A stretch of DNA of 62,720 bases from Devosia sp. (GCA_035548755.1 DASZSH010000088.1:1-62720), one strand, 5' to 3'; shown: positions 43,863-54,350, counted from the stretch's first letter. Notes: generated by a model not told the origin, from the letters alone. Numbers and translations are program-made.

Positions 43863-44576
43863 ATGACGCTCTCGGCCGACGAAACCCGACGCTATGCCCG
43901 ACATCTGGTGCTGCGCGATGTGGGCGGCGCCGGCCAGCAGAAGCTCAAGGCGGCAAGAGTGCTGGTGATCGGCGCGGGCGGTCTGGGCAGCCCCGCCATC
44001 GCCTATCTGGCGGCGGCGGGCGTGGGCGTTCTGGGCGTCGTCGACCACGACACGGTGAGCGTCAGCAACCTGCAGCGGCAGGTGATCCACGGCACCGCTG
44101 GCGCGGGGCGGGCGAAGGTGGCGAGTGCGGAGGTGTTCGTGGGCGCGCTCAACCCGCATGTGCGCGTTGTGCCACATGCCCTGCGGCTTGCGGCTGACAA
44201 CGTCGACGCCACTATGGCCGATTACGATGTGGTGCTGGACGGCACGGACAATTTCGAAACCCGGCGCATTGCGGCCGATGCTGCGGCACGGACAGGAAAA
44301 CCGCTCGTTTCGGGCGCCGTCTCGATGTGGGATGGCCAGGTCACGGTGTTTCTGCCGGGCGGCCGAGGCTTTGCCGACCTTTACCCGGTGACGCCCGCCG
44401 CCGAGGACCTGCCGAGCTGCGAGGCCGTAGGCGTGATGGGCCCTGTGACCGGAGTGATCGGCACGCTGATGGCGATGGAAGCGATCAAGCTCATCACCGG
44501 CGTGGGCTCGCCGCTCGCTGGCCGCCTGCTGCTCTATGACGGGCGGGCGGCGCGATTCACCGAACTGGAATATTGA
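43863..44576 (+). CDS. moeB: HesA/MoeB/ThiF family adenylyltransferase
   Basis: RYARHL, GAGGLG, SNLQRQ, DGTDNF, PSCEAVG; the zinc CxxC pairs appear absent. Confidence 0.8.
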   Translation: MTLSADETRRYARHLVLRDVGGAGQQKLKAARVLVIGAGGLGSPAIAYLAAAGVGVLGVVDHDTVSVSNLQRQVIHGTAGAGRAKVASAEVFVGALNPHVRVVPHALRLAADNVDATMADYDVVLDGTDNFETRRIAADAAARTGKPLVSGAVSMWDGQVTVFLPGGRGFADLYPVTPAAEDLPSCEAVGVMGPVTGVIGTLMAMEAIKLITGVGSPLAGRLLLYDGRAARFTELEY

Positions 44577-44669
44577 TCTAGACCTGGCACGGCGCTGACC
44601 AACTCGCGCCCCTCCGGCCGCACCCTCGCGCAGGTCAGCCTCGCCCTGGCGATTCCCGACGAAGGAACG

Positions 44670-45896
44670 TCAGATCAGATCGGGGTGGCGGAAGACCAGC
44701 GTGGCGTTGGTGCCGCCGAAGCCGAAGCTGTTGCTGAGGGCGATGCCGACATCGACATTGTCGCGCCGTGCCCGAAGAATCGGCATATCGGAGAAAATGG
44801 GGTCGAGCTCCTCGATGTTGGCACTCTCGCACAGGAAGCGGTGGTGCATCATCAAGATGCAGTAAATGGATTCCTGGACACCGGTGGCTCCGAGGGAGTG
44901 GCCTGTCAGCGATTTGGTGGCCGAAATCGGCGGGCACCGGTCGCCGACGCCGAAGACCAGGCGGATGGCGTCCATTTCCTTGGCGTCGCCGATGGGCGTG
45001 CTGGTGGCGTGGGGATTGATGTAGTCGACCTTCTCCCGCACGGTCTCGAGCGCCATGCGCATGCAGCGCGCGGCCCCTTCGCCTGATGGGGCGACCATAT
45101 CGTAGCCGTCGGAGGTCGCGCCGTAGCCGACGATTTCGGCGAGGATTTTCGCCCCGCGGGCCCGGGCATGTTCGAGCTCCTCTAGCACCAGAACGCCGGC
45201 GCCGCCGGCAATGACGAAACCGTCGCGCCGCACGTCGTAGGCCCGCGAGGCCTTGGCAGGGGTGGCGTTGAAGTCGGAAGACATGGCCCCCATGGCGTCG
45301 AAGAGGTTCGACATGGTCCAGTCGAGATCTTCGTGGCCGCCGGCAAAGACAATGTCCTGCCGGCCAATGCCGATCTGCTCATAGCCGTTGCCGATGCAAT
45401 GCTTGCTGGTCGCGCAGGCCGAGGTGATGGTGTAGTTGACGCCCTTGATGCCGAAGGGCGTGGCGAGGGTGGCGGAGGCCGTGGAGCTCATCGCCTTGGG
45501 CACGGCAAGCGGCCCGATGCGCTTGGGACCCTTCTCGCGTGTAATATCGGCAGCCTCCACGATGGTGCGGGTCGAAGGGCCGCCCGACCCCATCACGATA
45601 CCGGTCCGTGGATTCTGAACGTCCTTTTCCTCAAGACCGGCATCCTCGATCGCCTGCTTCATGGCGATGTAGTTCCAGGCGGCCCCGCGTCCCATGAAAC
45701 GGGTGGTGCGCCGATCGAGGACCTCGAATGGATCGAGCCTGGGTGCGCCGTGTACCTGGCAGCGGAAGCCGAGCTGGGCATATTCCGGCGCTGCGACGAT
45801 GCCGGGGGTAGCGGTTCTCAGGCTCTCCAGCACCTCGGCGGTATTGTTGCCGATCGAGGAGACGATCCCCATGCCGGTGACGACAACTCGCCTCAT
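44670..45896 (-). CDS. fabB: Beta-ketoacyl-ACP synthase I
   Basis: [27 protein letters not shown]; overlaps the fabA stop. Confidence 0.95.
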   Translation of the reverse strand: MRRVVVTGMGIVSSIGNNTAEVLESLRTATPGIVAAPEYAQLGFRCQVHGAPRLDPFEVLDRRTTRFMGRGAAWNYIAMKQAIEDAGLEEKDVQNPRTGIVMGSGGPSTRTIVEAADITREKGPKRIGPLAVPKAMSSTASATLATPFGIKGVNYTITSACATSKHCIGNGYEQIGIGRQDIVFAGGHEDLDWTMSNLFDAMGAMSSDFNATPAKASRAYDVRRDGFVIAGGAGVLVLEELEHARARGAKILAEIVGYGATSDGYDMVAPSGEGAARCMRMALETVREKVDYINPHATSTPIGDAKEMDAIRLVFGVGDRCPPISATKSLTGHSLGATGVQESIYCILMMHHRFLCESANIEELDPIFSDMPILRARRDNVDVGIALSNSFGFGGTNATLVFRHPDLI

Positions 45897-46441
45897 TGCC
45901 CCGACGCTCCTTCCACGACAGCCGCCGCACCGCGGCCGGTATTGGTGAAGAGTCCGGCCCGCAGGTCCCTGGCCTCATAGATAAGGCTGCCATCGGCCTT
46001 AACCCAACCGTCGGCAATTCCCAAGACCAGGCGCGAGCGGACGACGCGCTTGATATCGACGCCATATTCGACGAGCCGGATGTCGTTAGTGACCTGGCCC
46101 GCCAGCTTGATTTCGCCGCCCAGGGCCCGGCCGCGGCCGGGGGAGCCGCCCCAGCCGAGAAAGAACCCCGTCATCTGCCAGAGCGCATCGAGGCCGAGGC
46201 AGCCAGGCATTACCGGATCGCCCTGGAAGTGGCACTGGAAGAACCACAGATCGGGCCGGATATCGAGCTCGGCCCGCACCTGGCCGCGATGATGGGCACC
46301 TCCGGTCTCGTCGATGCGGGTGATGCGATCGAACATGAGCATAGGGGGAAGCGGCAACTGGGCGTTGCCGGGGCCGAAGAGCTCGCCACGGGCGCAGGCG
46401 AGAAGCTCGTCGTAGGCATAGGCGTTTTTGCGCTCCGCCAT
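45893..46441 (-). CDS. fabA: 3-hydroxyacyl-ACP dehydratase/isomerase
   Basis: [32 protein letters not shown]. Confidence 0.95.
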   Translation of the reverse strand: MAERKNAYAYDELLACARGELFGPGNAQLPLPPMLMFDRITRIDETGGAHHRGQVRAELDIRPDLWFFQCHFQGDPVMPGCLGLDALWQMTGFFLGWGGSPGRGRALGGEIKLAGQVTNDIRLVEYGVDIKRVVRSRLVLGIADGWVKADGSLIYEARDLRAGLFTNTGRGAAAVVEGASGQ

Positions 46442-46529
46442 CAGCTTTTTGTCCAAATGGTGCATTTGAGGGCCGTGTGTATTGGTCGGGCCCCCGAGGG
46501 TCAAGCAAAGCGGGCGCGGCAACCCCGCG

Positions 46530-46558
46530 CTTGTGCGGCCCTGTCACGAAAGCTATAA
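46530..46558 (+). promoter_or_regulatory. Putative sigma70 promoter of irr
   Basis: CTTGTG-N17-CTATAA. Confidence 0.55.
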
Positions 46559-46594
46559 ACCAGCCCGAAAAAGTCCAGGTTCCTCCGGGTGTTC

Positions 46595-47044
46595 ATGCAG
46601 GATCGCATTTTCAGCCGCAACGTGCCCTCGCGCCGGCCGTGCCTGACGGCCGTGCTGCGCATGGCGGGATTGCGGCCGACCCGGCAGCGCGTCGCGCTGG
46701 CCGAGATCCTGTTCGGCGGCGAGCACCGCCATGTAAGCGCCGAGCAGCTGCTGGCCGAAGCGCAGGCGGCTCGGGTCAATGTGTCGCTCGCCACGATCTA
46801 CAACACGCTTCACCAGTTCCGCTCGGCCGGCCTGCTGCGCGAAGTGGCGGTCGATGCCTCGCGCAGCTATTTCGACACCGACACTTCGGATCATCACCAC
46901 TTCTATATCGAGGACGAGCAACGCGTGACGGATATTCCGGCGTCGGAGATCGTGATCCAGAACCTGCCCCACCCACCCGAGGGCATGACGATCACGCATG
47001 TTGACGTGGTGGTGCGCGTGAAGAAGGCGCCTGCGGGCGAGTAG
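46595..47044 (+). CDS. irr: Fur-family iron response regulator Irr
   Basis: GLRPTRQR, SLATIYNTL, DHHHF; divergent from fabA as in rhizobia. Confidence 0.88.
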   Translation: MQDRIFSRNVPSRRPCLTAVLRMAGLRPTRQRVALAEILFGGEHRHVSAEQLLAEAQAARVNVSLATIYNTLHQFRSAGLLREVAVDASRSYFDTDTSDHHHFYIEDEQRVTDIPASEIVIQNLPHPPEGMTITHVDVVVRVKKAPAGE

Positions 47045-47080
47045 CCGCCTGCCGGGCCCGACGCCGGGACGAGCGGACGC

Positions 47081-47626
47081 TCAGTCGAAGGATTCGCCCT
47101 GATAGACGCCCCAGAGGTCGGATTCGGGCAAATAGCCCGAATAGTTGGCCGGTACCCCGCCCTCGGGATGATCGGTGGCGACGACTGCGCACCAGCCCTG
47201 CTCGCAGCTGTTGATCCTGACCGGGAAGCCGGGGCCGACCCAGGCGACCACGCCCGATTCGTCGGAGGGGGAAGCATGCAGGGCGACCCTGTCGCCCGCC
47301 TGCTTGAGCACATAGCCGGCACGGTTGCCCGAGAGCATGTTCTGGTGAACCCAGCCGGTCGAACCGTCGACATCGCGGATCTTCCGCCAGACGTCGAACT
47401 CCTGGATGATCTCGACCGGCACTCCGGCGACCTGGTATTTCCAGGCGACGTCGTACTGGTAGCCGGGGCCGACCCGGACATTGCTCTCCTTGGCGCGGAT
47501 GGTCACGAAGCGGGGCAGCGGCAGCCCGCTCGGATTGGTGGCGGCGGCAAGGGCGAGGCCCGGGGCGAGGACCGACAGGATGGCGACGCAGGCACGCAGC
47601 GACACGGGCAAGGCGCTTTCAGACAC
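47081..47626 (-). CDS. Secreted tandem SH3-domain protein
   Basis: Signal peptide, SGLPLPRFV, NVRVGPG..Y, WRKIRD.DG..GWV, LWGVY. Confidence 0.85.
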   Translation of the reverse strand: MSESALPVSLRACVAILSVLAPGLALAAATNPSGLPLPRFVTIRAKESNVRVGPGYQYDVAWKYQVAGVPVEIIQEFDVWRKIRDVDGSTGWVHQNMLSGNRAGYVLKQAGDRVALHASPSDESGVVAWVGPGFPVRINSCEQGWCAVVATDHPEGGVPANYSGYLPESDLWGVYQGESFD

Positions 47627-47702
47627 GGTTTGGCTTGGAAGGGTGGTGCTTTTTTTCTATCGTTACGCGCGAGACCTTAATGGTCCTTGAAAGGCCAGCC
47701 GA

Positions 47703-48710
47703 CTGCCGCTCATCCGCCCCAAGATCCTGGTAACCCGACGCCTGCCGGCGGCCGTGGAACAGCGCATGGCGATGCTGTTCGATGCGCGCTTCAACCCGCA
47801 GGACGCACCGTACTCGGCCGATGCGCTGGTCGGGGCCCTTTCGGGGCAGGAAGTGCTCGTCTCCTCGATCACCGACCGGATCGACGCCGACCTGATCGGG
47901 CGGTTGCCGCAGAGCGTCAAGCTCATCGCCCAGTTCGGCAACGGTTTCGACAATATCGACATTGAGGCGGCCTATGCAGCCGGCCTGACGGTAACCAACA
48001 CGCCCTCGGTTCTGACCGAAGATACCGCCGACATGGCGGTGCTGCTGATGCTGGCTCTGCCGCGCCGGCTGATCGAAGGGGCGGGCGTGCTTCCTGACGC
48101 GGGCAGGTGGCCGGGATGGTCGCCCAGCTGGATGCTCGGGCGACGCCTGCGGGGCAAGTCGCTTGGCATCGTGGGCATGGGCCGGATCGGCAGCGCGGTC
48201 GCGGCGAGGGCGCGGACCTTCGGGCTCAACATCCATTATTGCTCGCGCAACCGGCGCCCGCCCATGCTTGAAGAAAAGCTAGGAGCCAGCTTTCACGAAA
48301 CGGTGGACGCGCTGGTCGAGTCGACCGATATCGTGTCGCTGCATACCCCGCTCACGCGCGACACGCAGCGCATTCTCAGCCGTGAGCGGATCGGCCGGAT
48401 GCGGCCCGAAGCGTTCGTGGTCAATGTCAGCCGGCCGGAACTGATCGACGAAGGGGCGCTGATCGAGGCGATCGAAGGCGGTCGGATCGCCGGCGCGGCG
48501 CTCGATGTGTTCGCGGGCGAAGGTACGATCGACCCCAGGCTCAGGGCGCTGGCACGGGCGGGCCGGGTGATCGTCACCCCGCACATGGCCTCTGCCACGC
48601 TGGAAGCGCGGCTCGAGATGGGTGATGCGGTGATCGTCAACATCCGCGCCTTCATCGACGGTCATCAGCCGCCGCACCGCGTGCTGCCGGAGACGCGGGC
48701 GCGCGCCTGA
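47703..48710 (+). CDS. D-isomer 2-hydroxyacid dehydrogenase (glyoxylate/hydroxypyruvate reductase-like)
   Basis: RPKILVTRRLP N-terminus, TNTP.VLTEDTAD, GMGRIG, PHMASAT; start probably CTG 47703. Confidence 0.88.
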   Translation: MPLIRPKILVTRRLPAAVEQRMAMLFDARFNPQDAPYSADALVGALSGQEVLVSSITDRIDADLIGRLPQSVKLIAQFGNGFDNIDIEAAYAAGLTVTNTPSVLTEDTADMAVLLMLALPRRLIEGAGVLPDAGRWPGWSPSWMLGRRLRGKSLGIVGMGRIGSAVAARARTFGLNIHYCSRNRRPPMLEEKLGASFHETVDALVESTDIVSLHTPLTRDTQRILSRERIGRMRPEAFVVNVSRPELIDEGALIEAIEGGRIAGAALDVFAGEGTIDPRLRALARAGRVIVTPHMASATLEARLEMGDAVIVNIRAFIDGHQPPHRVLPETRARA

Positions 48711-48713
48711 GGG

Positions 48714-49934
48714 CTAGAGCCCGGCAAGACGCCGTTCGAGAAAAGCGCGATCGGCCGCCTGAGTGGTGAGCCCGAGGGCACGCTCATAGGCGGCGCGCGC
48801 CTCATCCGCCCGTCCGAGGCGACGCAGCAGATCAGCCCGGGCGGCGTGGGCGAAGCGGTACCCGGCGAGCGGGCCGGCAACCAGCGGGTCGATCAGCGCC
48901 AGACCCGCCTCCGGCCCGTCGCGCATGGCGAGGGCGACGGCCCGGTTGAGCTCGACCACCGGCGAGGGTTCGGCCTGCGCCAGCAGGCCGTAGAGGGTCG
49001 CGATCCGCGCCCAGTCGGTCGCAGCAGCCGTTTCTGCCTCGGCATGGGCCGCGGCGATCATCGCCTGGATGGCGTAGCTCGAAATCGGCGGCGAAGCGAA
49101 TGCCGAACGAGCCAGGGCCGTTCCTTCGGCGATGAGCGAGCGATCCCACAGTGAGCGGTCCTGCTCTTGAAGCAGCACGATTTCGCCCCGAGCGTCGGTG
49201 CGGGCGGCGGTCCGCGACCGGTGCAGGAGCATGAGCCCGAGCAGGCCGTCGATCTCGGGGCTCCCACGCAGTTCCCGAAGAAGCCGCGCCAACCGGATGG
49301 CCTCGGCGCACAGCTCATGCCGGATGAGCGCATCGCCCGAAGAGGCGTCGTAGCCCTCGTTGAAGATCAGATAGATCGTGTGGAGCACCGCATCGAGACG
49401 GTGCGCCCAATCCTCCGCCGCTGGCACTTCGTAGGGGAGGCGTGCATCGCGAATGCGCGACTTGGCGCGCACGATCCGCTGGGCAATGGCGGAGGGGCGG
49501 GCGAGATAGGCCGCCGCGATCTCTTCGGTGGTGAGGCCGCACACCTCCCGCAGCGTCAGCGCCACCTGAGCATCGACCGGCAGGCTGGGGTGGCAGCACG
49601 TGAAGATGAGCCTCAGGGCATCATCCTCGATCAGCTCGCGTTCGGCCGGCATGCGGTCCTCCAGCTCTTCGAGCTCGCGCCGCAATTCCGGCGCGAGAGC
49701 GCGGAAGCGGCCGCTCCTGCGCAGCCGGTCGATCGCCTTGAAGCGGCCGGCCGAAATCAGCCAGGCGCGTGGATTGGCCGGCACACCATCGCGCGGCCAC
49801 TGCTGCGCGGCGGCAAGGAAGGCGTCGGACAGCGCCTCTTCGGCAAGATCGAAGCCGCCGAGCAGGCGGACAAGGCTCGAGAGCACCCGGCCGCGCTCGA
49901 CGCGATAAATCCTGTCGAGATCGACGGCAGTCAT
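48714..49934 (-). CDS. ECF sigma factor with TPR-like C-terminal extension (ECF42-like)
   Basis: sigma2/sigma4 regions, LRLIFTCCHP, YLIFNEGY, QDRSLWD; overlaps the DGPF gene stop. Confidence 0.88.
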   Translation of the reverse strand: MTAVDLDRIYRVERGRVLSSLVRLLGGFDLAEEALSDAFLAAAQQWPRDGVPANPRAWLISAGRFKAIDRLRRSGRFRALAPELRRELEELEDRMPAERELIEDDALRLIFTCCHPSLPVDAQVALTLREVCGLTTEEIAAAYLARPSAIAQRIVRAKSRIRDARLPYEVPAAEDWAHRLDAVLHTIYLIFNEGYDASSGDALIRHELCAEAIRLARLLRELRGSPEIDGLLGLMLLHRSRTAARTDARGEIVLLQEQDRSLWDRSLIAEGTALARSAFASPPISSYAIQAMIAAAHAEAETAAATDWARIATLYGLLAQAEPSPVVELNRAVALAMRDGPEAGLALIDPLVAGPLAGYRFAHAARADLLRRLGRADEARAAYERALGLTTQAADRAFLERRLAGL

Positions 49935-50299
49935 GACAGGGGTGGCGGGGTGGGAATTTCGTAGACCGGCCGAACCTCAATGGTACCGATCTCGGCGATG
50001 GGGATGCCCGAGGCGAGGCGCACGGCCTCGTTCATGTCGCGGGCCTCGATGAGAATAAAGCCGGCCATCTGCTCCTTGGTCTCGATAAAGGGGCCGTCGG
50101 TCGCGGACATCCGGCCATCGCGCACGCGCACAAGGACAGCGCTGTCGCTCCCTTCGATCGCCTGGGAGGCAAGATAGTGGCCGCCTGCCTTCAGCGCCTC
50201 GTCGTAGGCCAGGGAGCGGCGATCAAGATCCTGTCGCTGGGCGAGTGTGGCGCCCCGCATGAGCGCCGGATCGAAGTGGACGAGACACATATAGCGCAT
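49931..50299 (-). CDS. YciI/DGPF family protein
   Basis: TDGPFIETKEQMAGF...IEVRP. Confidence 0.9.
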   Translation of the reverse strand: MRYMCLVHFDPALMRGATLAQRQDLDRRSLAYDEALKAGGHYLASQAIEGSDSAVLVRVRDGRMSATDGPFIETKEQMAGFILIEARDMNEAVRLASGIPIAEIGTIEVRPVYEIPTPPPLS

Positions 50300-50331
50300 G
50301 GCGATCCTTTCCCGGGGAGTTGATGGCTATG

Positions 50332-50358
50332 GTCGAGCCTGCCCCCGCCGGTTCGACA
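50332..50358 (-). promoter_or_regulatory. ECF42-type autoregulatory promoter
   Basis: TGTCGA-N17-CGAC, 33 bp upstream of the DGPF gene. Confidence 0.7.
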
Positions 50359-50462
50359 GGTTCGCTGCAATTTGCATGAAATTGCCGTCCGAGGCGAAGC
50401 GATCACGAAAAGCCCGGCGCGGATGATGGGCGGCCTTTGGACCTTGCGGGGCTCTCGAAGCC

Positions 50463-52178
50463 ATGACCATGCTGACCGACCACGCGCATGCGCTGGTGCC
50501 AGGCCACAGGGCGCGTGGCGAAGCTCTGCTGCCGCCAGCGATCATCCTGCTCGTCTTTGCGATGGTGGTGATTGCCGTCGCCGGATTTGCCTATCTGAGC
50601 AGTCAGCAGCAATCGCTGGGGGCCCTGCGTGCCCAGGCCGACGCGCTGCGGACGGCCGCGAGCGCGGTGGCAACGGTGGATGCCGACGCCGCGCATGTGC
50701 TGAACGGTGACCGCGGCGCCATGGCGGGGTATTTCCGCGACCTCGAGACGCTCAAGCAATTGCGTGAGAGAACGCTCGACCCCCTGCCGGGAGTGGGTGA
50801 TCGGCTCGACCGGCTGATTTCGGACTGGGCCGAAACGACCGCCCTGAGCGGCGACGGCAATAGCGATCAGGCGCGGCAGAAATTCGTGGCGCGGCAGACA
50901 TCGGACACGGTTGCCGGGGTTCTCGCCGCGACGCAGACGGCCCTGCAACAGATCGACGCCGCAGTCAGCGATCACGAGAGCCGCATCGGGCTGGGCACGC
51001 TGGCTGTTCTGCTACTGCAGGTCTTGAGCGGCACGTTGGCGATGAGCGGCATGTTTTTCGCCTTCCGGCTCAGCGCGCGCGAGGCGGATGGGCGCTCGGC
51101 TGCGCTCAAATCGGCCGACACGTCGCGCGAACAGGTGGCGCGGCTGTTCGAGATGGCCGACGTGCTGCAGAGCGCCACCGACTATGGCGACGCCAACCAG
51201 GTGCTCAAGGCCACCGCCTCCGAGATGCTGCCGGGCTTTTCCGGGGCGCTTTATGTGTTCAACAATTCGCGCGACCGGCTTGTGCTTTCGACCAGCTGGG
51301 GACGCGCGGAAGGATCGGCGCCGGAAACGATTCCGCCCGATCAGTGCTGGGCGCTCAAGCGCGGCAAGCCGCACATGAATCATGCCGACCCGAGCAAGCT
51401 GTGCTGCGCCCACCATCGCGGCACCGACACGGTGCTCGAGATTCCGATGGTGGCGCGCGGCGAGATCATGGGGCTCTTCCAGCTGTTCGCAAGCGGCGAG
51501 AATGCCGAGGCGCGGCTCGATGGCATCACCGGGCTGGGCTCGGCCATCGCCGACGGCATGAGCCTGGCGCTCGCCAATATGGGCCTCAGGGAGAAGCTTA
51601 GGAACCAGGCGCTGCGCGACCCGCTGACCGGGCTCTACAACCGGCGCTATATGGAAGACTGCCTCACCCGCTTCGTGCGGATCGCCGATCGCGAGAACCG
51701 CGAGGTCAGCGTGGTGATGGTCGATCTCGACCATTTCAAGCGGCTCAATGATACGCACGGCCACGCCTTCGGGGACAGCGTGCTGCGCGACACTGCGATG
51801 ACGATCGTGGGCGCGCTGCGCGAAACCGATATCGTGTGCCGCTATGGCGGGGAGGAGCTCGTGGTCATTCTACCCGACTGCAGCCTCGAACGCGCGGCCG
51901 ACAAGGCCGACGTGCTGCGCGCCCGCGTGCAGGCGCTGGGGGAAACTCATGGCGCGGAAATCTCGGCGTCATTCGGGGTCGCCTCGGTGCCCTATACCTC
52001 GACCGGCGTGCAGGACCTGCTTGCAGCGGCCGACAGCGCGCTCTACCGGGCCAAGCAAAACGGACGCAATCAGGTCGTTATGGCGCCCACCCGACCGTTC
52101 CAACTCGATCGCCTGGAAGACGCGCTCGAAATCATCGACGTGGCGGCAGAGCCCTCGACGCTACAGGCGGCGGAATAA
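50463..52178 (+). CDS. Membrane-bound diguanylate cyclase (periplasmic sensor + GAF-like + GGDEF)
   Basis: Two TM helices, DPLTGLYNRR, DLDHFK, RETD I-site and RYGGEEL. Confidence 0.9.
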   Translation: MTMLTDHAHALVPGHRARGEALLPPAIILLVFAMVVIAVAGFAYLSSQQQSLGALRAQADALRTAASAVATVDADAAHVLNGDRGAMAGYFRDLETLKQLRERTLDPLPGVGDRLDRLISDWAETTALSGDGNSDQARQKFVARQTSDTVAGVLAATQTALQQIDAAVSDHESRIGLGTLAVLLLQVLSGTLAMSGMFFAFRLSAREADGRSAALKSADTSREQVARLFEMADVLQSATDYGDANQVLKATASEMLPGFSGALYVFNNSRDRLVLSTSWGRAEGSAPETIPPDQCWALKRGKPHMNHADPSKLCCAHHRGTDTVLEIPMVARGEIMGLFQLFASGENAEARLDGITGLGSAIADGMSLALANMGLREKLRNQALRDPLTGLYNRRYMEDCLTRFVRIADRENREVSVVMVDLDHFKRLNDTHGHAFGDSVLRDTAMTIVGALRETDIVCRYGGEELVVILPDCSLERAADKADVLRARVQALGETHGAEISASFGVASVPYTSTGVQDLLAAADSALYRAKQNGRNQVVMAPTRPFQLDRLEDALEIIDVAAEPSTLQAAE

Positions 52179-52182
52179 AGTC

Positions 52183-53166
52183 CTACCGGCCTAGCGCCTG
52201 CTGCTCGCTGATGATGCGGTCGGTGAGCGGTTCGAAATCGTTATTATAAGGCGTGCCATCGGCGATCCGCTGCTTGAGATAGCGGATGGGCTGGGTGAGG
52301 ATTTTGTCTAGGTCGGTCTCGCAGGTGAAGTCGCCGGCGACACGCTTGACCTTGGAATTGTCGAAGAGCGCGGTCCAGCTCTTGTCGCCCAGAAGCGGGC
52401 CTTTCCAGTCGGGGTTGTAGGCGCAGAGCGTGTCGGTGGGCACGTGGACGAGCCTGGCCTCCACGCCCAGGCCCCGACCGATCGCGGTGTAGATGTGATC
52501 CCAGGTGAAGCCCTTGTCGCCGGTGATATGGAAATCCTCGTAGAGAGCATGGGGGTTGCCGAAAAGCCTGACGAAGGGCTTGGCGAAATCCTCCGAGCGG
52601 GTGAGCGTCCAGGGCGCATTGCCATCGCCAGCGACGATAACCGGCTTGCCTTCGAGCATGCGGTGGGCCACCGCGTCGCCGTCGTTGAGCATGGTGGGCA
52701 GGCCGGAGCGAACCGTGTGGGACGGACGCACATTGGTCCAGGGCAGGTTTGCCGCGGCCTTCATCAGGTTCTCGCAGGCGATCTTGTTCTGGCTGTAGAG
52801 CCAGTATGGGTTCACGGCCGGCGTCTCTTCGGTGATGACGTAGGCGTCGATCGATTTGCGATAGACGGAGGCCGACGAGATGAAGATGTACTGGCCGGTC
52901 TTGCCGGCAAAGGTTGCGATGTCTTGCTGCATCTGCTCGGGGGTAAAGACCATGAACTGGGCCACGACGTCCCAGGTCTGCTCGCCGAGCCGCGAATAGG
53001 ATCCGGGATCCTTCATATCGCCCACGATCGAGGCGGCGCCGGCAGGCAGCCTTTCCTTGCGCTGGCCGCGGTTGAAGACGGTGACCTTGTGTCCCGCCGC
53101 AAGCGCAAGCTCGACGCAAGGCAGCGAGATCTGCCCAGTTCCGCCGATGAACAGGATGCTGGCCAT
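52183..53166 (-). CDS. NAD-dependent epimerase/dehydratase family protein
   Basis: IGGTGQIS, FISSASVY, YSQNK. Confidence 0.85.
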   Translation of the reverse strand: MASILFIGGTGQISLPCVELALAAGHKVTVFNRGQRKERLPAGAASIVGDMKDPGSYSRLGEQTWDVVAQFMVFTPEQMQQDIATFAGKTGQYIFISSASVYRKSIDAYVITEETPAVNPYWLYSQNKIACENLMKAAANLPWTNVRPSHTVRSGLPTMLNDGDAVAHRMLEGKPVIVAGDGNAPWTLTRSEDFAKPFVRLFGNPHALYEDFHITGDKGFTWDHIYTAIGRGLGVEARLVHVPTDTLCAYNPDWKGPLLGDKSWTALFDNSKVKRVAGDFTCETDLDKILTQPIRYLKQRIADGTPYNNDFEPLTDRIISEQQALGR

Positions 53167-53329
53167 GATGTTTCCTCCGTATTTTGGGCGAACCTGACGC
53201 GGCGAAGTTGAACTGGCAAGCGGCGCCGGTGGCTGCACCCTTCCCGCTTACAAATGCTCGCGCACGGGGATAAGGTCGATGCATCGGCAAGAGCGGAAGA
53301 GCCGCCGGCCGAAAAGGGAGGACTCAAAG

Positions 53330-54310
53330 ATGCGCGTTCGATCGATTGTGCTTGCCGCAGTTGCGGTGGCGGCGCTGACTGTCGCCGCCAATGCCCAGGA
53401 CAAGAAACTCAAGATCGGCTTCCTGCCGGGCGTGGTCGACCCGTTCTACCAGGTAATGCAGCTGGGCGTTGAAAAGGCGGCAAAGGATCTGGGCTTCGAG
53501 GTGGTGACGCAGGTGCCGCCGACCTGGGGTGTGGAGGCGCAGACGCCGCTGCTCAACGCGATGGTGGCGCGCGGCGACCTCGACTACATCATCACGGCTC
53601 CTGTCGATAAGGATCAGATGGTGGCCCCGCTCAAGGCGGCGCTCGATGCCGGCATCAAGATCATCACCGTCGACACGTTCCTTGGCGATGGCGACTACGC
53701 CAGCGGCCCGGTGACCTTCCCGCTGAGCTACATCGGCTCGGACAATGTGGAAGGCGGCCGCATTTCGGCCGACGGTCTCGCCAAGGCGATCGGCGGCAAG
53801 GGAACGGTCTATATCAACTCGACCAATCCCAATGTCAGCTCGGTCGAAGGCCGCGAGCAGGGCTTCAAGGACGAGATGGCCAAGAAGTACCCCGACATCA
53901 AAGTGCTGGGACCCGACTATAATCTTGACGACATGAACAAGGCGCAGCAGCAGACCGCCGCCATTCTTCAGCAGAACCCGGACCTTGCAGGCGTGTTCGG
54001 CACCAATGTGTTTTCGGCCCAGGGCGCCGGCACTGCAGTGGTCAATGCCGGCCTGACAGGCAAGGTGCAGGTGGTTGCCTATGACGCGACCAAGGCAGCG
54101 ATGGACCTGATGAGCAAGGGCACAGTGTCGCTGGTGCTGGCGCAGAAGCCATTCGACATGGGCTACATGGCGGTGGAATTCGCGGCTGCCGATTCGGCGG
54201 GCGTGACGAGCCTTCCCAAGCGTGTGGAGACGGGCTTTGCGATCCTCGACAAGGACAACGCCTCGGACCCGAACTTCGCGCGCTTCATCTACCAGGTGCC
54301 CGGCCAATAG
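53330..54310 (+). CDS. Sugar ABC transporter periplasmic binding protein (RbsB-like)
   Basis: Signal peptide, DPFY, IGSDN..GG, VVAYD, QKPFDMG; GGGAGG SD. Confidence 0.9.
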   Translation: MRVRSIVLAAVAVAALTVAANAQDKKLKIGFLPGVVDPFYQVMQLGVEKAAKDLGFEVVTQVPPTWGVEAQTPLLNAMVARGDLDYIITAPVDKDQMVAPLKAALDAGIKIITVDTFLGDGDYASGPVTFPLSYIGSDNVEGGRISADGLAKAIGGKGTVYINSTNPNVSSVEGREQGFKDEMAKKYPDIKVLGPDYNLDDMNKAQQQTAAILQQNPDLAGVFGTNVFSAQGAGTAVVNAGLTGKVQVVAYDATKAAMDLMSKGTVSLVLAQKPFDMGYMAVEFAAADSAGVTSLPKRVETGFAILDKDNASDPNFARFIYQVPGQ

Positions 54311-54328
54311 GCGGCGCTTGACGGCCTG

Positions 54329-54350
54329 ACCGGGGGCGTGCGCCCCCGGT
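54329..54350 (+). terminator. Stem-loop after the binding-protein gene (mRNA stabiliser or partial terminator)
   Basis: ACCGGGGGC-GTGC-GCCCCCGGT followed by pyrimidines. Confidence 0.6.
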
